From Octopus sinensis (lineage: Eukaryota), in contig NC_043008.1 in assembly GCF_006345805.1 (NCBI RefSeq), positions 21,266,001 through 21,330,000 on the forward strand: a DNA stretch of 64,000 nucleotides. Direction: 5' to 3'. The notes under the pieces are model-generated. The model did not search any database. It saw nothing but the letters and a program-made list of their open reading frames with translations, and was not told where the DNA came from. This document shows, piece after piece, positions 14,120-28,034 of this stretch. The position numbers and the translations under genes are program-made. Numbering within the stretch: position 1 is the first letter of the stretch; every line of letters begins with the position of its first letter.

Positions 14120-15400
14120 AGACTACCTCAAAGACAAATAACACTGACCTTCTCTTCATGGCTGGTGACTTCAACGGACACGTTGGTCAACAACCAGGTG
14201 TTTTCCGTGGTGTACATGATAGCCAGGGAGTTGGTTCCCATATTGAGGTGGGAACAAGGCTTCTAGAATTCTGTGATGCAAATAACTTATTATCTGTAAC
14301 ACCAAGTGAGATACATGGTTGCTCTTAAACACAAAGATCTTCCTTGGTGAAGAATGTACCCCTCAGCATAGGTTAGTCATTTGTGACTTCAGACTACAGG
14401 CTAGAGGGGTTCCAAGAAGCAGGCCAGTCTAGAAAAGAAGGATCTGGAAGCTTAAGGATCCTTTTGATTGACAGAAATTATGAGATGTCCAAACTGAAGC
14501 ATTTAAGGAGAAGGAGGAGGAGTTACATATATCTAACATAGAAGAAAAGTGGAAGTTCCTATGGGGCAACTTGCTGAGAGCCACAAACCAAATTTGTGGC
14601 AGGTGCAAAGTCCCAACAAGGTGATGTTGGTGACTGGGCTATTAGAGCAAAGAAACAGGCATGGAAGGACTGGAAGGGTGGCGGTAGCAAAGAACTATAT
14701 CAGGTAGCTAGAAGGGAAGCTAAGAGATGGTTACACTTAGCCAGAGGAGAAGCAGAAAGGAAGAAGTTTGCCAATGTTTTGAAGAGTGAGGACCCGCAGT
14801 TTGAAATACTTTGGTTTGCACGACAGTGTCTCAGCGAAAATTGTGATGTTGTAGGAAAGACGTGTGTTCGTATGGATGATAGTTCACTTGCTATTAGTGA
14901 TTCTACAAAGAAAGAGGCTTGGAAGTGTCATTATGAAAGGCTGCTAAATGTAGGGAACACATAATGCCTGTGTGCAAACAGCTATGTTGCATGGCAGTGA
15001 AACATGAGCTGCAACTGCAGAGGACATGTGAAAGCTTGAAAGAAATGAAGCTAGCATGCTCCACTGGGTGTGCAATGTCAGTGTGCACATGCGACAGAGT
15101 GTAAGCTTCTTATGAGAAAAATTGGCTCTAAGGGGCATCAGATGTAGTGTGCAGAAGAGGAAATTGTGCTGGTATGGTCATATGATGTGTATGTACAAGA
15201 ACAGCTGTATAAAGGAGTGCTGACCTCTAAATGTAGAAGGAACCTGTGGAAGAGGTAGAACCAAGAAGACGTGGGAGGAGGTGGTGAAATGTGATCTTTG
15301 GATGCTGAGTCTCATTGAGGTGATGACAGGTGACAGGTACTTCTGGCTAATTGCAGTGCTTGAGAAGACACGTCAAGCTGAGTGAAATCATAGTTGTGAC
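14120..15400 (+). mobile_element. Degenerate RTE-clade LINE, second copy, internally deleted
   Basis: APE motif LFMAGDFNGHVG...GTRLLEFCDANNL and linker KKEAWKCHYERLLNV, jumping to AMLHGSET...LCWYGH-type C-terminus. Confidence 0.85.
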
Positions 15401-16431
15401 ACATGAAGGGAACCTGTGCTGGTGACATAAACACATTTTATGGAAATGATGATGTGGAAGTAAGACGAGTTTTGTTTGGTCCATTGCTGGGATTTAAGTA
15501 ACAAAAAAGAAAATTTTGTAATGTAAATTTTTAACCACTCCCACACTGAGTCTATGTATGCGTGTAAGAAAAAAACCTATTCACTAACAGAAAAGTTGTT
15601 ATTAACCTTGCTTGGTGCCAGGGTGGGGAGAAAGAAACGAAGAAGGTACCAAGTGGTTGTGGGGTGTGCTTAAAACTATAGCTAAATGTCCCACGCAACG
15701 AAAAGTTTCAGAACATAAAAATAAGAAATAAGTGGAAATTTTACCAGTGAGTGTGTTAAATTATAAGGCACAAGAAGAAAATGACTCCTCCCAGACACAA
15801 TAGAATATGCTTCAACACACGAACTCACATAAAGAATCTTGCAAACCAAATCCAAAAACGAAATATTTCAGTCTGAAAATATTTTCAAAACTTTTTTTTT
15901 TTTATCAAAAATATTTTCCCTTTGTTTTGAGGTGCATTGTCCAAAAAAAAAATGGCCAAAAGCAGTCTGGAATGTGGGTGGGTGGGGGAAAAAAAGATAA
16001 ATTTTCCAGAATTTTTTTTTTCCATTAAAATTTTATTGAAATGACCTATATAAGTTCAATACCTACTACAAATGTGCCAGAACTCACATACCTGTGGCTT
16101 GTACTTTTGAATTTAGCTAGATCTGAAAATACATGAAACACTTCCACTAGCATCACAAATTCGATTATTTGTTGCCTGCAACAAAATAGGCGTTACATAA
16201 ATATTTAAAAGATTAGGAAGATGATTGAGTGAAACAATTTGCATCAAGATAGAAAAGAATGGTACAATCAGGGAAGAATTGGAAGTGCATTGTGACCAGC
16301 AATTTATAACAACATCTGATAGTCTGGTCAGTACAGTGATACAGTGATATAATATAATACTGGGGTTTTAACAGTGAAATATTTATCTCCTGGACATAAG
16401 TAAAATGGTTGAATAGCATATTTATATTTTA

Positions 16432-16820
16432 CTAGCAGTATAGTCTAGCGTTGCTCGGGTTTGTTTTCTTTTCGACCCTTTAGAATTGGAATTTTTGAAA
16501 AGTAAAAAGTTTGCATTATCTAGTTTGTTATTCTCTTTAAGTGAACATTTTTCTGGCTGAAATACACTGAAAAATGGTGACACAGCAGTAAAAAAATCGT
16601 AAAAAAATCGGGATTTTTATTAAAAGAAAAGCACCTTTTTGATGTAAATAATTTTTGGTCTTAACATAGTCCGATTTCTTCTATGGAACGAAGAGCAAGC
16701 CTTCTTTTATCATACTCTCAGTTTTGGTCAACTTGCGCAGCAGGGTCTCGGAGGAGATAGTGTTAATTGAAGGCTACCAAACCTACCACACACAGACAAC
16801 TTCAGCTTTATATATATAGA
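16432..16820 (-). mobile_element. Non-autonomous Helitron
   Basis: On the minus strand: A|TCtatatata 5' end, degenerate cccgagcaacgctag hairpin region, and CTAG|T 3' end. Confidence 0.75.
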
Positions 16821-18820
16821 TTAGTTTTGGTATGGTAAGTAAGGCTAAGGTAACCTAATACTGGTAAAGCAAACTTTAAGAGAAACATTCTGTTAAGGGC
16901 AAACCAATGATTCAACAGTAAAACCGTAGTCTAGGCTATCTAACTCAGAAGATCTTTTGAATTAAAAATAATATATGCTGATTACATATGGAAATAAAAG
17001 ATACCTGAATTGTTAGGTTTGTTAATCAGTGAAGATCTTTTGGGTTAGTTAAGTGTGTTCATTTATTGCACTGGTCTCTTAAGTTAAAATCTTGTTTCAA
17101 ATTGTAGAGTTATCAGTTTAAATATTTCTTTTGTACAGATGGCAATTCTTATTTAGTTAATTATATGTATTTTAAATGGCAAACTAATATTGATCAGAAC
17201 TATTGTAATTCTATTGGTACTCTCAGTGAATTATAACTACAATGTTTTGTACCGAATTTTACATATGTTGGTATTGTGCAATATGAAATATTACTCAATA
17301 TCATTTCAAATTTTCAATTTTCAATCATAGGGAAATGTAAAAATAAAATAAATTAAAAGGAAGAGATGGAACTTAAGTTTGTCAGTTTCCAGTTTTTCAA
17401 ATTATTTAAAAAGTTTTATAATTTGTTTCAAAGAATAAAGAATTGTTATTTATTATCTCTACAAATACATATGGATACTCTCATATTTTATAACCGAAAA
17501 TTTAATTCGGATTTGTGTAGAAGATGAAATATTGAAACATACCAATATGTTCTTGAATTAATTTTACTCAGGAATGTTTAAAATGAAAAAAAAAAAATAA
17601 AAAAGGAATAACTTGTCAAATATATTATTTAAACATTGAATATTCCATAGGAATAGCTTTAATATATACACATGTCTGGGATGTAATATATTAAAGAATA
17701 TCTTATGATAGTTGTAGAAGACGACTAACTCCAGAATAACACATCGGATGAATGTTTACATTCAACCCATTTATATATTCTTTAGAGAACCATGAGCACT
17801 TCCATTGCCATAGTTTTATATCTGTTTTCCATAATGGCATAGGCTGGTTTGTTTGACAGGATATGATGAGGAGTGGGGATGCGTCTGGCATTGATGTCTC
17901 AGTTTTGGCATGGTATCTTTGGATAAGGCGGCGAGCTGACAGAAACGTTAGCACGCCGGGCGAAATGCTTAGCGACATTTCGTCTGCTGTTATATTCTGA
18001 GTTCAAATTCCGCTGCGGTCGATTTTGTCTTTTGTCCTTTCCGGGTCAATTAAATAAGTACCAGTTACGCACTGGGGTCGATATAATTGATTTAATCCGT
18101 TTGACTGTCCTTGTTTGTCCTCTCTGTGTTTAGCCCCTTGTGGGCAGTAAAGAAATAGGTATCTATGGATGAAAACTTTTTTTAATGCTAGCTGCCTTCC
18201 AGAGTGTTCTGGTTGCCTTTTTCTTTTGTGGTTCCAGTACCAGTGAGGTCACGTTATAACTTGGAAGACTTCAATATTCTAGAGCATGGTTTTCTGAAAT
18301 AATAAATTCTTTGATTGTATTTGTATGCATGACTGCATATAGCAAATCACAGTTACTAATTTAAGGATGACCAGAACACGTGAACGTGTGTTGTGATTTT
18401 CCAAATCTGCAAGACACTGGTCACTCAACACAGCATTACAGAGCATTCCCAAATATTGCACACTATTAATGATAGTGCTTGTAGGTGCATTGTAATATCG
18501 TATAAAAAGAGAAGTGTATATTTTCTTTGTAAATTTTTCAAACGGAAAATATTCTTTTCTTCTCTAGGCACAAGGCCTGAAGTTTTGGGGGAGCGGGGCA
18601 ATCAATTAGATCAACACCAGTATGCAACTGGTACTTGATTTATCGACTCTGAAAGGATGAAAGGCAAAGTTGACTTTGGTGGAATTTGAACTCAGAATGT
18701 AAAGACAGATGAAATGCTGCTAAACTTTTGTCTAGCGTGCTAACATTTCTGCCAGCTCGCCACCTTGGCATTCCAATATATTACATACTATTAATAATAG
18801 TGCCTGTAGGTGCATTGTAA

Positions 18821-19184
18821 TCTCTCTATATATAAACGGCAAAATGTCTGTGTGTGTGTCCTTTATACAAATCCACAATTTTTCAGTTGGAGGGTTCGCA
18901 CTTTCTATGGTCATTCAAAACCGTCCAAGGGTGGTCGTGCACATCTTTACATTTCCCCAGTCACCCTGCAAAGCCATTAAAAAATCAATAGAAGTGACTT
19001 TTTTGTGAATTTTCTATCCAAAACCCAATCAAAATGCCCGAAACTTGATACACCAATTGAATGCCAGCTAGCTGTATGTGATTGGTCGGAGATTTGGACA
19101 GTACTTGCTTGTATGTGCGCATGCACGCAGCTGTATATGCATGCATTAGCACTACGACCCGGCAACGCTGGGTCATAGTGCTAG
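18821..19184 (+). mobile_element. Non-autonomous Helitron with a visible empty site nearby
   Basis: A|TC 5' end, gacccggc-aac-gctgggtc hairpin, CTAG|T 3' end, no TSD. The uninterrupted paralogous site is at 18495/18496. Confidence 0.9.
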
Positions 19185-19540
19185 TATTATATAAAAAGTG
19201 AAGTGTATATTTTCTTCGTAAACTTTTCAAACTCAAAATATTACAATATATTATAAAAATAGTGGGGCATCAGCATGGTTGCAGCTCTGAGCTGAAACTA
19301 CAGAAAAAAAAATATATATATGATAGCATAAAAGATGCATGGACATAGATGCACCCCATCTATAGTGGTGCATATTCAGGAAAAAACAAAAAAAGTGTAT
19401 TTAGTGCATTAAGGCATGTAATTTAGGTACAAATTTGCATAAAGGAACTAGGGTGGCTCTTTGAGACATTTTTTTTTTTTAAAGAATATGAACTTTTTTT
19501 TATGCCATAAAAAATCGTACATTGATTCCTTCTGTTGCAG

Positions 19541-19606
19541 AAACCCGAAGCATCTAAAGCCACAGCAGATTCCAATTTCTTTCTTCAGTCATTTTTCGAC
19601 AAACAG
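19541..19606 (+). CDS. Internal exon C (66 nt) of the same gene
   Basis: Acceptor ttccttctgttgcag|, donor CAG|gtttgt. Phase 0/0. Encodes KPEASKATADSNFFLQSFFDKQ. Confidence 0.75.
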
Positions 19607-19730
19607 GTTTGTGGAATTTTAGTTTATTTGCTACATGTGATTTAATATGTCGTATGTTTTTCTTTGAAATATTTTTATAAATATCGTCCAAGAGTTCAAA
19701 ATATTGACTACGATAATGAGTTCAAACTAG

Positions 19731-20247
19731 TACCGTAAATCCTCGAGTATAATCTGCATTTTTTCCCCCAAAATTTAAATGTCAAAATCCCTAGTGCGTT
19801 CTATATACGAGGTTGAAAATGAAAAATATTTTCTAAGCAATGTCCGAGTCTCTATTTGCTGTCCGGCAATCTTTATTCAGACGCATTTTGTGATGTCGAA
19901 CGCGAAAATACCTTAAGCTAAGCCTGAAAGCAATGAAGTCATAAAAGAATCATTCATAACTTGCAGTAAGCAACATTTATTAAACGTTATTACTGTTATT
20001 TCTTTCTTTTCTGCAAACAAAATGCACAAAAAAGCTACATGTTTGCATTGTGTTATATGTACAATAATAATAAAGGACATTACTGTATACTGTTTTACAA
20101 ACCAAGGACGTTATATAGACCTCCTTGTCTCAAATTAGAGAAGGCATGCATATTATACACAAGGTTTAGGTTTTTCAGAGGTACAGCCCCCTAAAAATTC
20201 CCTGCGTATTATATTTAAGGGCGGACTATACTTGAGGATTTACGGTA
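19731..20247. mobile_element. Tc1/mariner (pogo/Tigger-like) MITE
   Basis: TIR taccgtaaatcctcgagtata at both ends with TA termini. Second copy inverted at 47165-47649. Confidence 0.85.
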
Positions 20248-21529
20248 TTCACAAATTGCATTGTTTGCTTCTCATAGCAAATTTCCAGCTAAATCATCAT
20301 TTGAAAACAGATTCCATTCTTTGTTTAGTGACTAACATAATTGTATTTGATAGCATAAACAACACACGGGTATATTAGACACACCCCAATTTTAGTAATG
20401 TATATTTAGGAAAAAATAGTTTTTCATGTATTAAAGCTTATGGGAGGTTCAATTTTACATATAGGTCTAGATGTGATTATTTGAGGTAAGTTTTTTCTTG
20501 AAGAAATTTGTGTTCTGTGCTATCAAATACAGTAAGGAAAATTTCCACACTTTGTAAAAAAAATGAGGTCTTTGAACAATTTATCTAAATATTTAAAGTG
20601 CCAGTGACATGTAAAAACCACCTGCTATACTCTCAGAGTGGTCGGCATTAGGAAGGGCATCCAGCCATAGAAACCTTAATAAATCAGATTGGAACTGGGT
20701 CCAGTCCCCTGGCTTACTAGTTTTTCAGTCAAACCGTCCAACCCATGCCAACATGGAAAGCGGATGTTAAATGATGATGATGATGATGATGATGATGAAG
20801 AAGAGCTACTCAGCCCTTGGTTTTGTTTTCCTTTCTTTTCTACATGTTGTCTTGCCTATTCCAATGAATGCCATCCAGTGGAATTTTAACATCTGATGAT
20901 AATTTCTCAAGCTGGGAAAACAAAATTCATGTAATACTTGCTGGGACAAGGGTGGTTTATGGAAAGATACTATTCTAGATTAAAATTTTGTAAGAGTTAT
21001 TGCTTTATTTTACAATTTATTTCTAATATCGAATGTCAGAGATTATATTAAAATAGTTCTGTTTGGTTATTCTAGCATCAGATGTTTTCACAGGGGAATT
21101 AATTGAAAGTAGTTTTTTTTCATTGTATTATCTAAAGAAAGCAATGACAAACCATTTTGAGATACTAAACTAGCTCACAGTTTAACCTTTTCTTTACTGT
21201 ATTTAGTTTAAGATGCTCTGTGGTTCTGTCGATTAATTTTAAGTATAACAAAGAATTTAGTAAAATAACTCAGTTATCATTAAGCTGGTGTTAGGAACAT
21301 AAATTGTGACTAAGGTTTGGTGGAGGATTTTAATTCAAAACTTACGTAAAGTATTAGGAGTGGCTGTGTGGTAAGTAGCTTGCTTATGAACCACATAGTT
21401 CCGGGTTCAGTCCCACTGTGTGGCACTTTGGGCAAGTGTCTTCTACTATAGCCTCGGGCTGACCAAAGCCTTGTGAGTGGATTTGATAGACGGAAATTGG
21501 AAGACGCCTGTCGTATATATGTATGTATG

Positions 21530-21565
<36 letters not shown>

Positions 21566-22631
21566 CATACATATATTTGCCTAATATTTGATTTGCCTAA
21601 TAGTGGTTTAATCTCTAATTTAATATAATATATATATTTATACTATAAAATTAGATTTAATCCTAAATCTAATTTTTCCCTGTAAGTTTGGATTTACTCC
21701 CTAATATTTACTCCCTAATATTATTATTATATATATATATATATGTGTGTGTGTGTATATGTTTGTATGTCTGTGTTTGTCCCCCCAACATCGCTTGACA
21801 ACCGATGCTGGTGTGTTTATGTCCCCGTAATGTAGCAGTTTGGCAAAAGAGATCGATAGAATAAGTACTAGGCTTACAAAGAATAAGTCCTGGGGTTGAT
21901 TTGTTCGACTAAAGGCAGTGCTCCAGCATGGCCACAGTCAAATGACTGAAACGAGTAAAAGAGTAAAGAGTAAACAAAACAGAGGTAGTTTTGGCCGAGT
22001 TGGTATCAAAAGAGTTAAGATATCAAGTGGTAAAAAAATCATTGCTATTTCTGAAAGATTTCAAGAGCAGATAACATGAGAAGTTGACTACACGTACTCT
22101 AAAAAGTAAGTCTCACAAATTTGAATTGGCAATGTGATGAATTATTTACTGTTTAATAATTAGAGATCATCATCATCATTGTCATCATCGTTTAACATCC
22201 TTTTTCCATACTGGCATGGTTCGGACGGTTTGACTGGGGACTGGCAAGCTAGGAGGCCGCACCAAGCTCCAATCTGATCTGGCAATGTTTCTACAGCTGG
22301 ATGCCCTTCCTAATCCCAAGCACTGCGAGAGTGTAGTGGGTGCTTTTTACGTGCCACCGGTACGGGAGCCGTTTAGGTGGCACTGGCATTAGCCACGATC
22401 GGAGGGTGCTTTTTACATGTCACTGGCACAGGAGCCAGTTGGGGCAGAGGGGCTGGCATTGATCATGTGCTGATGGTGCTTTTTATGTGCCACCGGCACA
22501 GGAGCCGGTCGGGGTGGTGGAGTGGTTCTGGCTTCGATTGCTATATATATATAAAGATATTAGCTCCCGTTTACCCAGCCCACAAATAGAAAACCCACAT
22601 AATTAAAAATGTATAATTTCCCTATACACAC

Positions 22632-22665
<34 letters not shown>

Positions 22666-23959
22666 AATTGAATAATGGTAACTTATTAATTTACAGATAA
22701 ATTTCCTCTATTTACATAATATTGAGGTCTCTTTCTTTTGTTATCTTACCGATGATGATGATGATGATATACATATTGAAGGCAGTATATTCAAATACGC
22801 CCACATACATTAGTGACAGCAAATTACAGAAAGACACCCATAGACAAATGCATATATTTAGCTATAATTGTCGCATTTAGATTTGTACCTACAGAATTTT
22901 AGGAAATTCTTATTATCATCATTCTAATAGTCCTATTGTTAATGTCTTCTCACACTAGATAACTCATCACGAATCTGTGTATTTAGAATGTGTGTTGTGT
23001 TGTGTTTTCTGAAATTGTATTTAGAGTATTGGACATGTGCATAATGTTTAGTACTGCTGTTGTCTGTATGTTGTTATGTGTTGACGTAGGTACTGGTGAT
23101 TTGGATATATAATTGTCTATACTTCATTTTATTATCTCCTCAAGTCATCTATCACTATTATGAAGATTGCATCGCTTTTACATTCTGGATATGTTTATTT
23201 CCAAATCTTACCGAAAATGGTTAGTTTTCCCATTTCTTTCAGAGAGATACTCTTGGCTGCTGGAATTAATGTGTTAAAAGACATTTTGTCTGATGTTCTT
23301 GGGCAATAATACATTTGATGATTTGCCACAAAACACCCACTCTCTGTAAACTAGCACATTTCAGAGTATATTATGAGAACTTTTGGGGGTTTTCCATAAT
23401 GTAGGTTGCATTTGCTTCTAGTATTTGAACCTTCTGACTCTATTGTATTTGTTCATTATATTCTGTTTTGAGTAGCCAGGATATGATGTGATTATTTCTT
23501 CCTCCATCTATGTTGCTACTATCTTTTGCATGGTTTCTAATGGAATGGTTTTAGTCTTGTGCCACGATCAGCATGGCACAATTGTGGGCACAGTTTCAAC
23601 ATGATTATTCTTTTATTTGATTTTATTGAGCCTTATCTAGATATTGGTCAAGAAAGGTTCTTTGTTTTTTTGCCAGTGTTCTAGTATGACATTTTAATCA
23701 TTCTCTAATCATCTGTTTTTCTTAATTTTTGTTGTTGCTTCACTATCTCCCCACCCCCTGCAACTGTTTGACATCCTGTCTGTTTCGTATCTGTTGCTTT
23801 CACTACAAGATAGAATTAAGTTTTCTTTTATTGATGTTTTGAAGAAATCTTTGAACTAATAATAAGCATGCCCAGCTGACAATAAGGTATGCGATAAGGA
23901 AGAAAAAAAAGTCTATAGATATGACAGGTTAGCTTGGGAGGTTAAGTAGTTGTGGTCAA

Positions 23960-24200
23960 TGAAAACGGTGGTAGTAGTACCAATAACAGTGAGTAAAATT
24001 CTTGAGAAGTATATGGAATTAATAGGGGCTGCAATAAGGGTGGAGCACTCGCAGAAAACAGCACTGCTTGGAACAGCTCAAATACTCCGGATGGTGCTCA
24101 AAAAATAAAGGGTGTTACCTTAGTTCACTGGTAGTGAACAGCTGGCACTGTAGTACATCTCCAGTGTTAGAAGCTGTGCAAAGGCAATAATAATAATAAT
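23960..24200 (+). mobile_element. Dong/R4-clade LINE 3' end
   Basis: LEKYMELIGAAIRVEHSQKTALLGTAQILRMVL (RLE C-terminal motif), followed by a short UTR and (taa)n tail. Confidence 0.75.
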
Positions 24201-25206
24201 AATACTTTCTACTATAGGCACGAGGCCTAAAATTTTGGGGAGATTGCTAGTCAATTACATTGGCTCCAGTGTTTGACTGGTACTTATGTTTTTGACCCTG
24301 AAAGGACGAAAGGTAATGTAGACTTTGGTGGAATTTGAACTCAGAACATAAAGATGGATGAAGTGCCGCTAAGCACTTGGTCTCACATGCTAATGATTCT
24401 GCCAATTCGCTGCCGTTTTCTTTTATTCTTTTACTTGTTTCAGTCGTTTGACTGTGGCCATGCTGGAGCACCACCTTCAGTTCAACAAATCGACCCCAGG
24501 ACTTATTCTTTGTAAGCCTAGTACATATTCTATCAGTCTCTTTTGCCGAACCGCTAAGTTACGGGTATGTAAACAGACCAGCATTGGTTGTCAAGTGATG
24601 TTGGGGGGACAAACACACACACACATACAACGGGCTTCTTTCAGTTTCCGTCTACCAAATCCACTCAAGGCTTTGGTCGGCCCAAGGCTATAGTGGAAGA
24701 CACTTGCCCAAGGTGCTACGCAGTGGGACTGAACCCGGAACCATGTGGTTGGTAAGCAAGCTACTTACCACAAAGCCGCTCCTACACAATGATAATACCA
24801 AAAATAATAATGGTTTCAAATTTTGGCACAAGTTTTGAAGGGAGGGGGAAGTCGACTACATTAACACCAGTTTGCAACTGAAATTTATTTTATTGACCCC
24901 CAAAAGAGTGAAAGGCAAAGTTGACTTCTGTGGGGTTTGAACTCAGAGTTCAAAGAGCCAGAAGTTTTGCCACTGAGCATTTTGTCCAATGTATTAACGA
25001 TTCTGTTAGCCATGTCACTTTAATACTCCTTTCGACTATGGGTACAAGGCCTGAAATTTTGTGGCAAGCGGGATAATCAATTACATCAACTCCAGTGCTT
25101 AACTGGTACTTACTGTATGGACAGGGTGAAAGGCAAAGTCAACCTTGGCAGAACTTGGAAGTGGACAAAATGCTAATGATTCTACCAGCTTGTTGCTTTC
25201 ACCACC

Positions 25207-25260
<54 letters not shown>

Positions 25261-25770
25261 TAACTGATTGGAAGTGTTATCATGTACATTGTTTTGTCTT
25301 GGTATAAAAGATGGGCTACAGCAAATATTCTGCTCAATACCACAGATTTGCTTGTCAGTTGTTTGACCTTAACCAGTTGAGCATGTCCCTTAGTGGCTGA
25401 CGATATGTGCATCTCTGATCATGAGCAGAAGTAGTGGGGGAGCATCATAGCCATGTGTTGAGAGGGATTCTTTGGGGTTTGAATAGTTCACTTCTGGAAA
25501 CATGGGTGGTTCTTTCAACATCCTTAAACAACCCTTATTCAGGGACTGTTTGAGCGTGATGGGCTACTCAACCTGAAGAAAATTCTAACTGGGCCCCACC
25601 TGCAAGGTCATGTGCTGTTTATCTTGATATGAGATCACCATGTCGCACACATATGGTTGTGATGCATGTGCCTGGTGTGCCCTTATCAGACGGGTAGTCA
25701 TGATGGGTATATTGGGCTTCGTATATTTTACCCCAGTGTCACTTTGATGGCATGAACTGCTCTCTCACTC

Positions 25771-25803
<33 letters not shown>

Positions 25804-26031
25804 CATGATGATGATGACGATGACGACGACCACCACCACTATCGTTTAATGTCTGCTTTCCATGCTAGCATGGGTTGGATGGTTCGACCGGGGTCTGGGA
25901 AGCAAGGAGGCTGCACCAGGCCCAGTCTGATCTGGCAGTGTTTCCTAACGCCAGCCACTCCGTGAAGGGCATCCAGCTATAGAAACACTGCCAGATCAGA
26001 CTGGGCCTGGTGCAGCAATAATAATAATAAC

Positions 26032-26069
<38 letters not shown>

Positions 26070-26079
26070 TAATAATAAT

Positions 26080-26510
26080 AGATTCATAGACAACTGATTT
26101 CAAAGCATTGAACTAAAAGCCGAATGGAACATCAAATTTTAGTTGTGCAGGATTACTGCCAAAACCATAAATATCTATAAAGATGAAATGATAAAGGAAG
26201 AAGCTAATGTCAAGAGGAAATTGTATAATTAGTTAAATGAGATGACATGGCTACGTCATTTCTGTTTCCTAATTGTTGCAAAGTGTGAGTACATTGGCAG
26301 ACACAATCCAGTCAGCAGTGGTGTGTATTGGGCAAGATATTGCAGGTTCGGTGTGAAGTGGTATGAACATGTACCTGATATGGTAATGCATGACAACAAC
26401 CTATTCCACAGTAATCTGGGACATTTTTGTCGAGTCTGTCAAGGAAATCAAAGCAAACTTCTAGATATAAGAGATCAAAGACATCGTTTTTATTGGATTA
26501 TTTTTTGAAG
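26080..26510 (+). mobile_element. Dong/R4-clade LINE fragment (CCHC region)
   Basis: AKCEYIGRHNPV...VYW motif typical of the R4/Dong post-RT zinc-knuckle region; degenerate. Confidence 0.55.
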
Positions 26511-26929
26511 CTTAGGTTGGCAAAGTTTCTCTCTGGGATTAACATCAGAAGCAATTTTTATTATAATCTTTAACACCATTACCATCATCATCATCATCAT
26601 CATCATCCTCATCATTATTGTTATTGTTATTATTATTATTACTGTTATTTACTTTTAACCTACTGTTTGCTACAGTGATTTGCCGAAACACACCCAGCAT
26701 CCTAGGGTGGGTTAAGGATAAGAAATGTTAGAGTATGACTGAAAGCTTGCGGAGGGAAAGTGGCTGAGGCAGTAGCGAAATATCTTCATGTAATACAACA
26801 CAGCCATTTGAATTGATAGGGTTTTTCTAAGGATGTGGGCAGTACTTGTCAGCACAATCATTTAGATTTCTCTGAATCATGGTGCTCCTGGGATGTTATC
26901 TAGATGTTTTTGACATCCCCCTTTTTTTA

Positions 26930-28030
26930 TCATACCTAGGGCATCCCATTGCATGATAGTTCCACCTCTCACATGAGAATCCCTTCAGAGTCATCTGAAA
27001 ATTTAAAGCAAGCTCACCTTTTAATTATTGATGAAGCATCAATGTTATCATGCAGTGCTCTGAGAGCCATTGATCTGCTGCTGAGGCAAATTATGAATTT
27101 GCCCAGACCATTCAGTGGAAAAGTGCTGCTACTTGGTAGGGACTTCAGACAAACTGCTCCTGTCATCCCAAGGGGGATCCAATGCAGCAGTAATCGAGTC
27201 CTCAATTAAGCAATCTCCACCCTGGCATTTCGTAACAAAACTCAGTTTGCCAGAAAATATGTGAATGGCTGGACAAGATGACTTCAACAGGTGACTCTTA
27301 GAGGTTGGAAATGGAACTCTCTCCAACAATGAAAGGCTGAAAGAAAACCTCATAGAAATTCCCCAAAATATGGTATCTACAAATAACAATGCTAGAGAAG
27401 ATTTTGGGGAAGAATTATTACTAGACAATGATGAAGCAGTTGAAAGTGTGTCATTGACAATCATTGTGACACCCAATTATATAGATTGTCTTCACATAAA
27501 CACTGACATAATGTCATTATTGCCTGGTGACAGGCAACAGTCTGCAGAAGCATTGACACCATTCTTGAAGAAAATAATGAAGCTGTTATCATTATCCGGC
27601 GGAGTGTTTAAATTCACTGACACCTTCTGGGATGCCACCTCATATACTGACCTTGAAGAGGCATTCGATAGTCATGTTGCTAAGGAACCTGAACCCAATG
27701 AGAGGTTTATTCAATGGGACCTGGATCTGAGTACTGTCCATCAAGGATTTTGTCATTCATGGAAAAATACTTAGTGGAAGTAAGAAAGAAGAGGCCTTTA
27801 TTCTGCGCTTCAACCTCCATCCCAGTGAGACAGCCCTTCCCTTTAGTATGAGTAGACGACAGTTTTCTGTTGTCCCAGCATTTGCAATGTCTATAAACAA
27901 CTCAGAAGGGCAGAGCTTCTATAATGTTGGCATCATCCTACCATCACCAGTGTTCAGCCATGGAGAACTTTAAGTTGCATTGAGTAGAAGTAGAAGCAGA
28001 AATCATATTAAACTGTTTGGTAAAGGACCA
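26930..28030 (+). mobile_element. Helitron PIF1-like helicase fragment (pseudogenised), intronic
   Basis: LLIIDEASML, KVLLLGRDFRQTAPVIP, NSLTPSGMPPHILTLK...MLLRNLNP...GLFNGT and RRQF.VVPAFAMSIN...GQSF...VFSHGEL.VALSR motifs. Confidence 0.9.
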
Positions 28031-28034
28031 TCCA

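Noticed and set aside
13831-14328. 165-aa ORF apparently fusing a host domain to an endonuclease
   Set aside because: It reads through the exon B donor at 13995 into intron and RTE debris. It is an unspliced-frame coincidence unless intron retention is shown.
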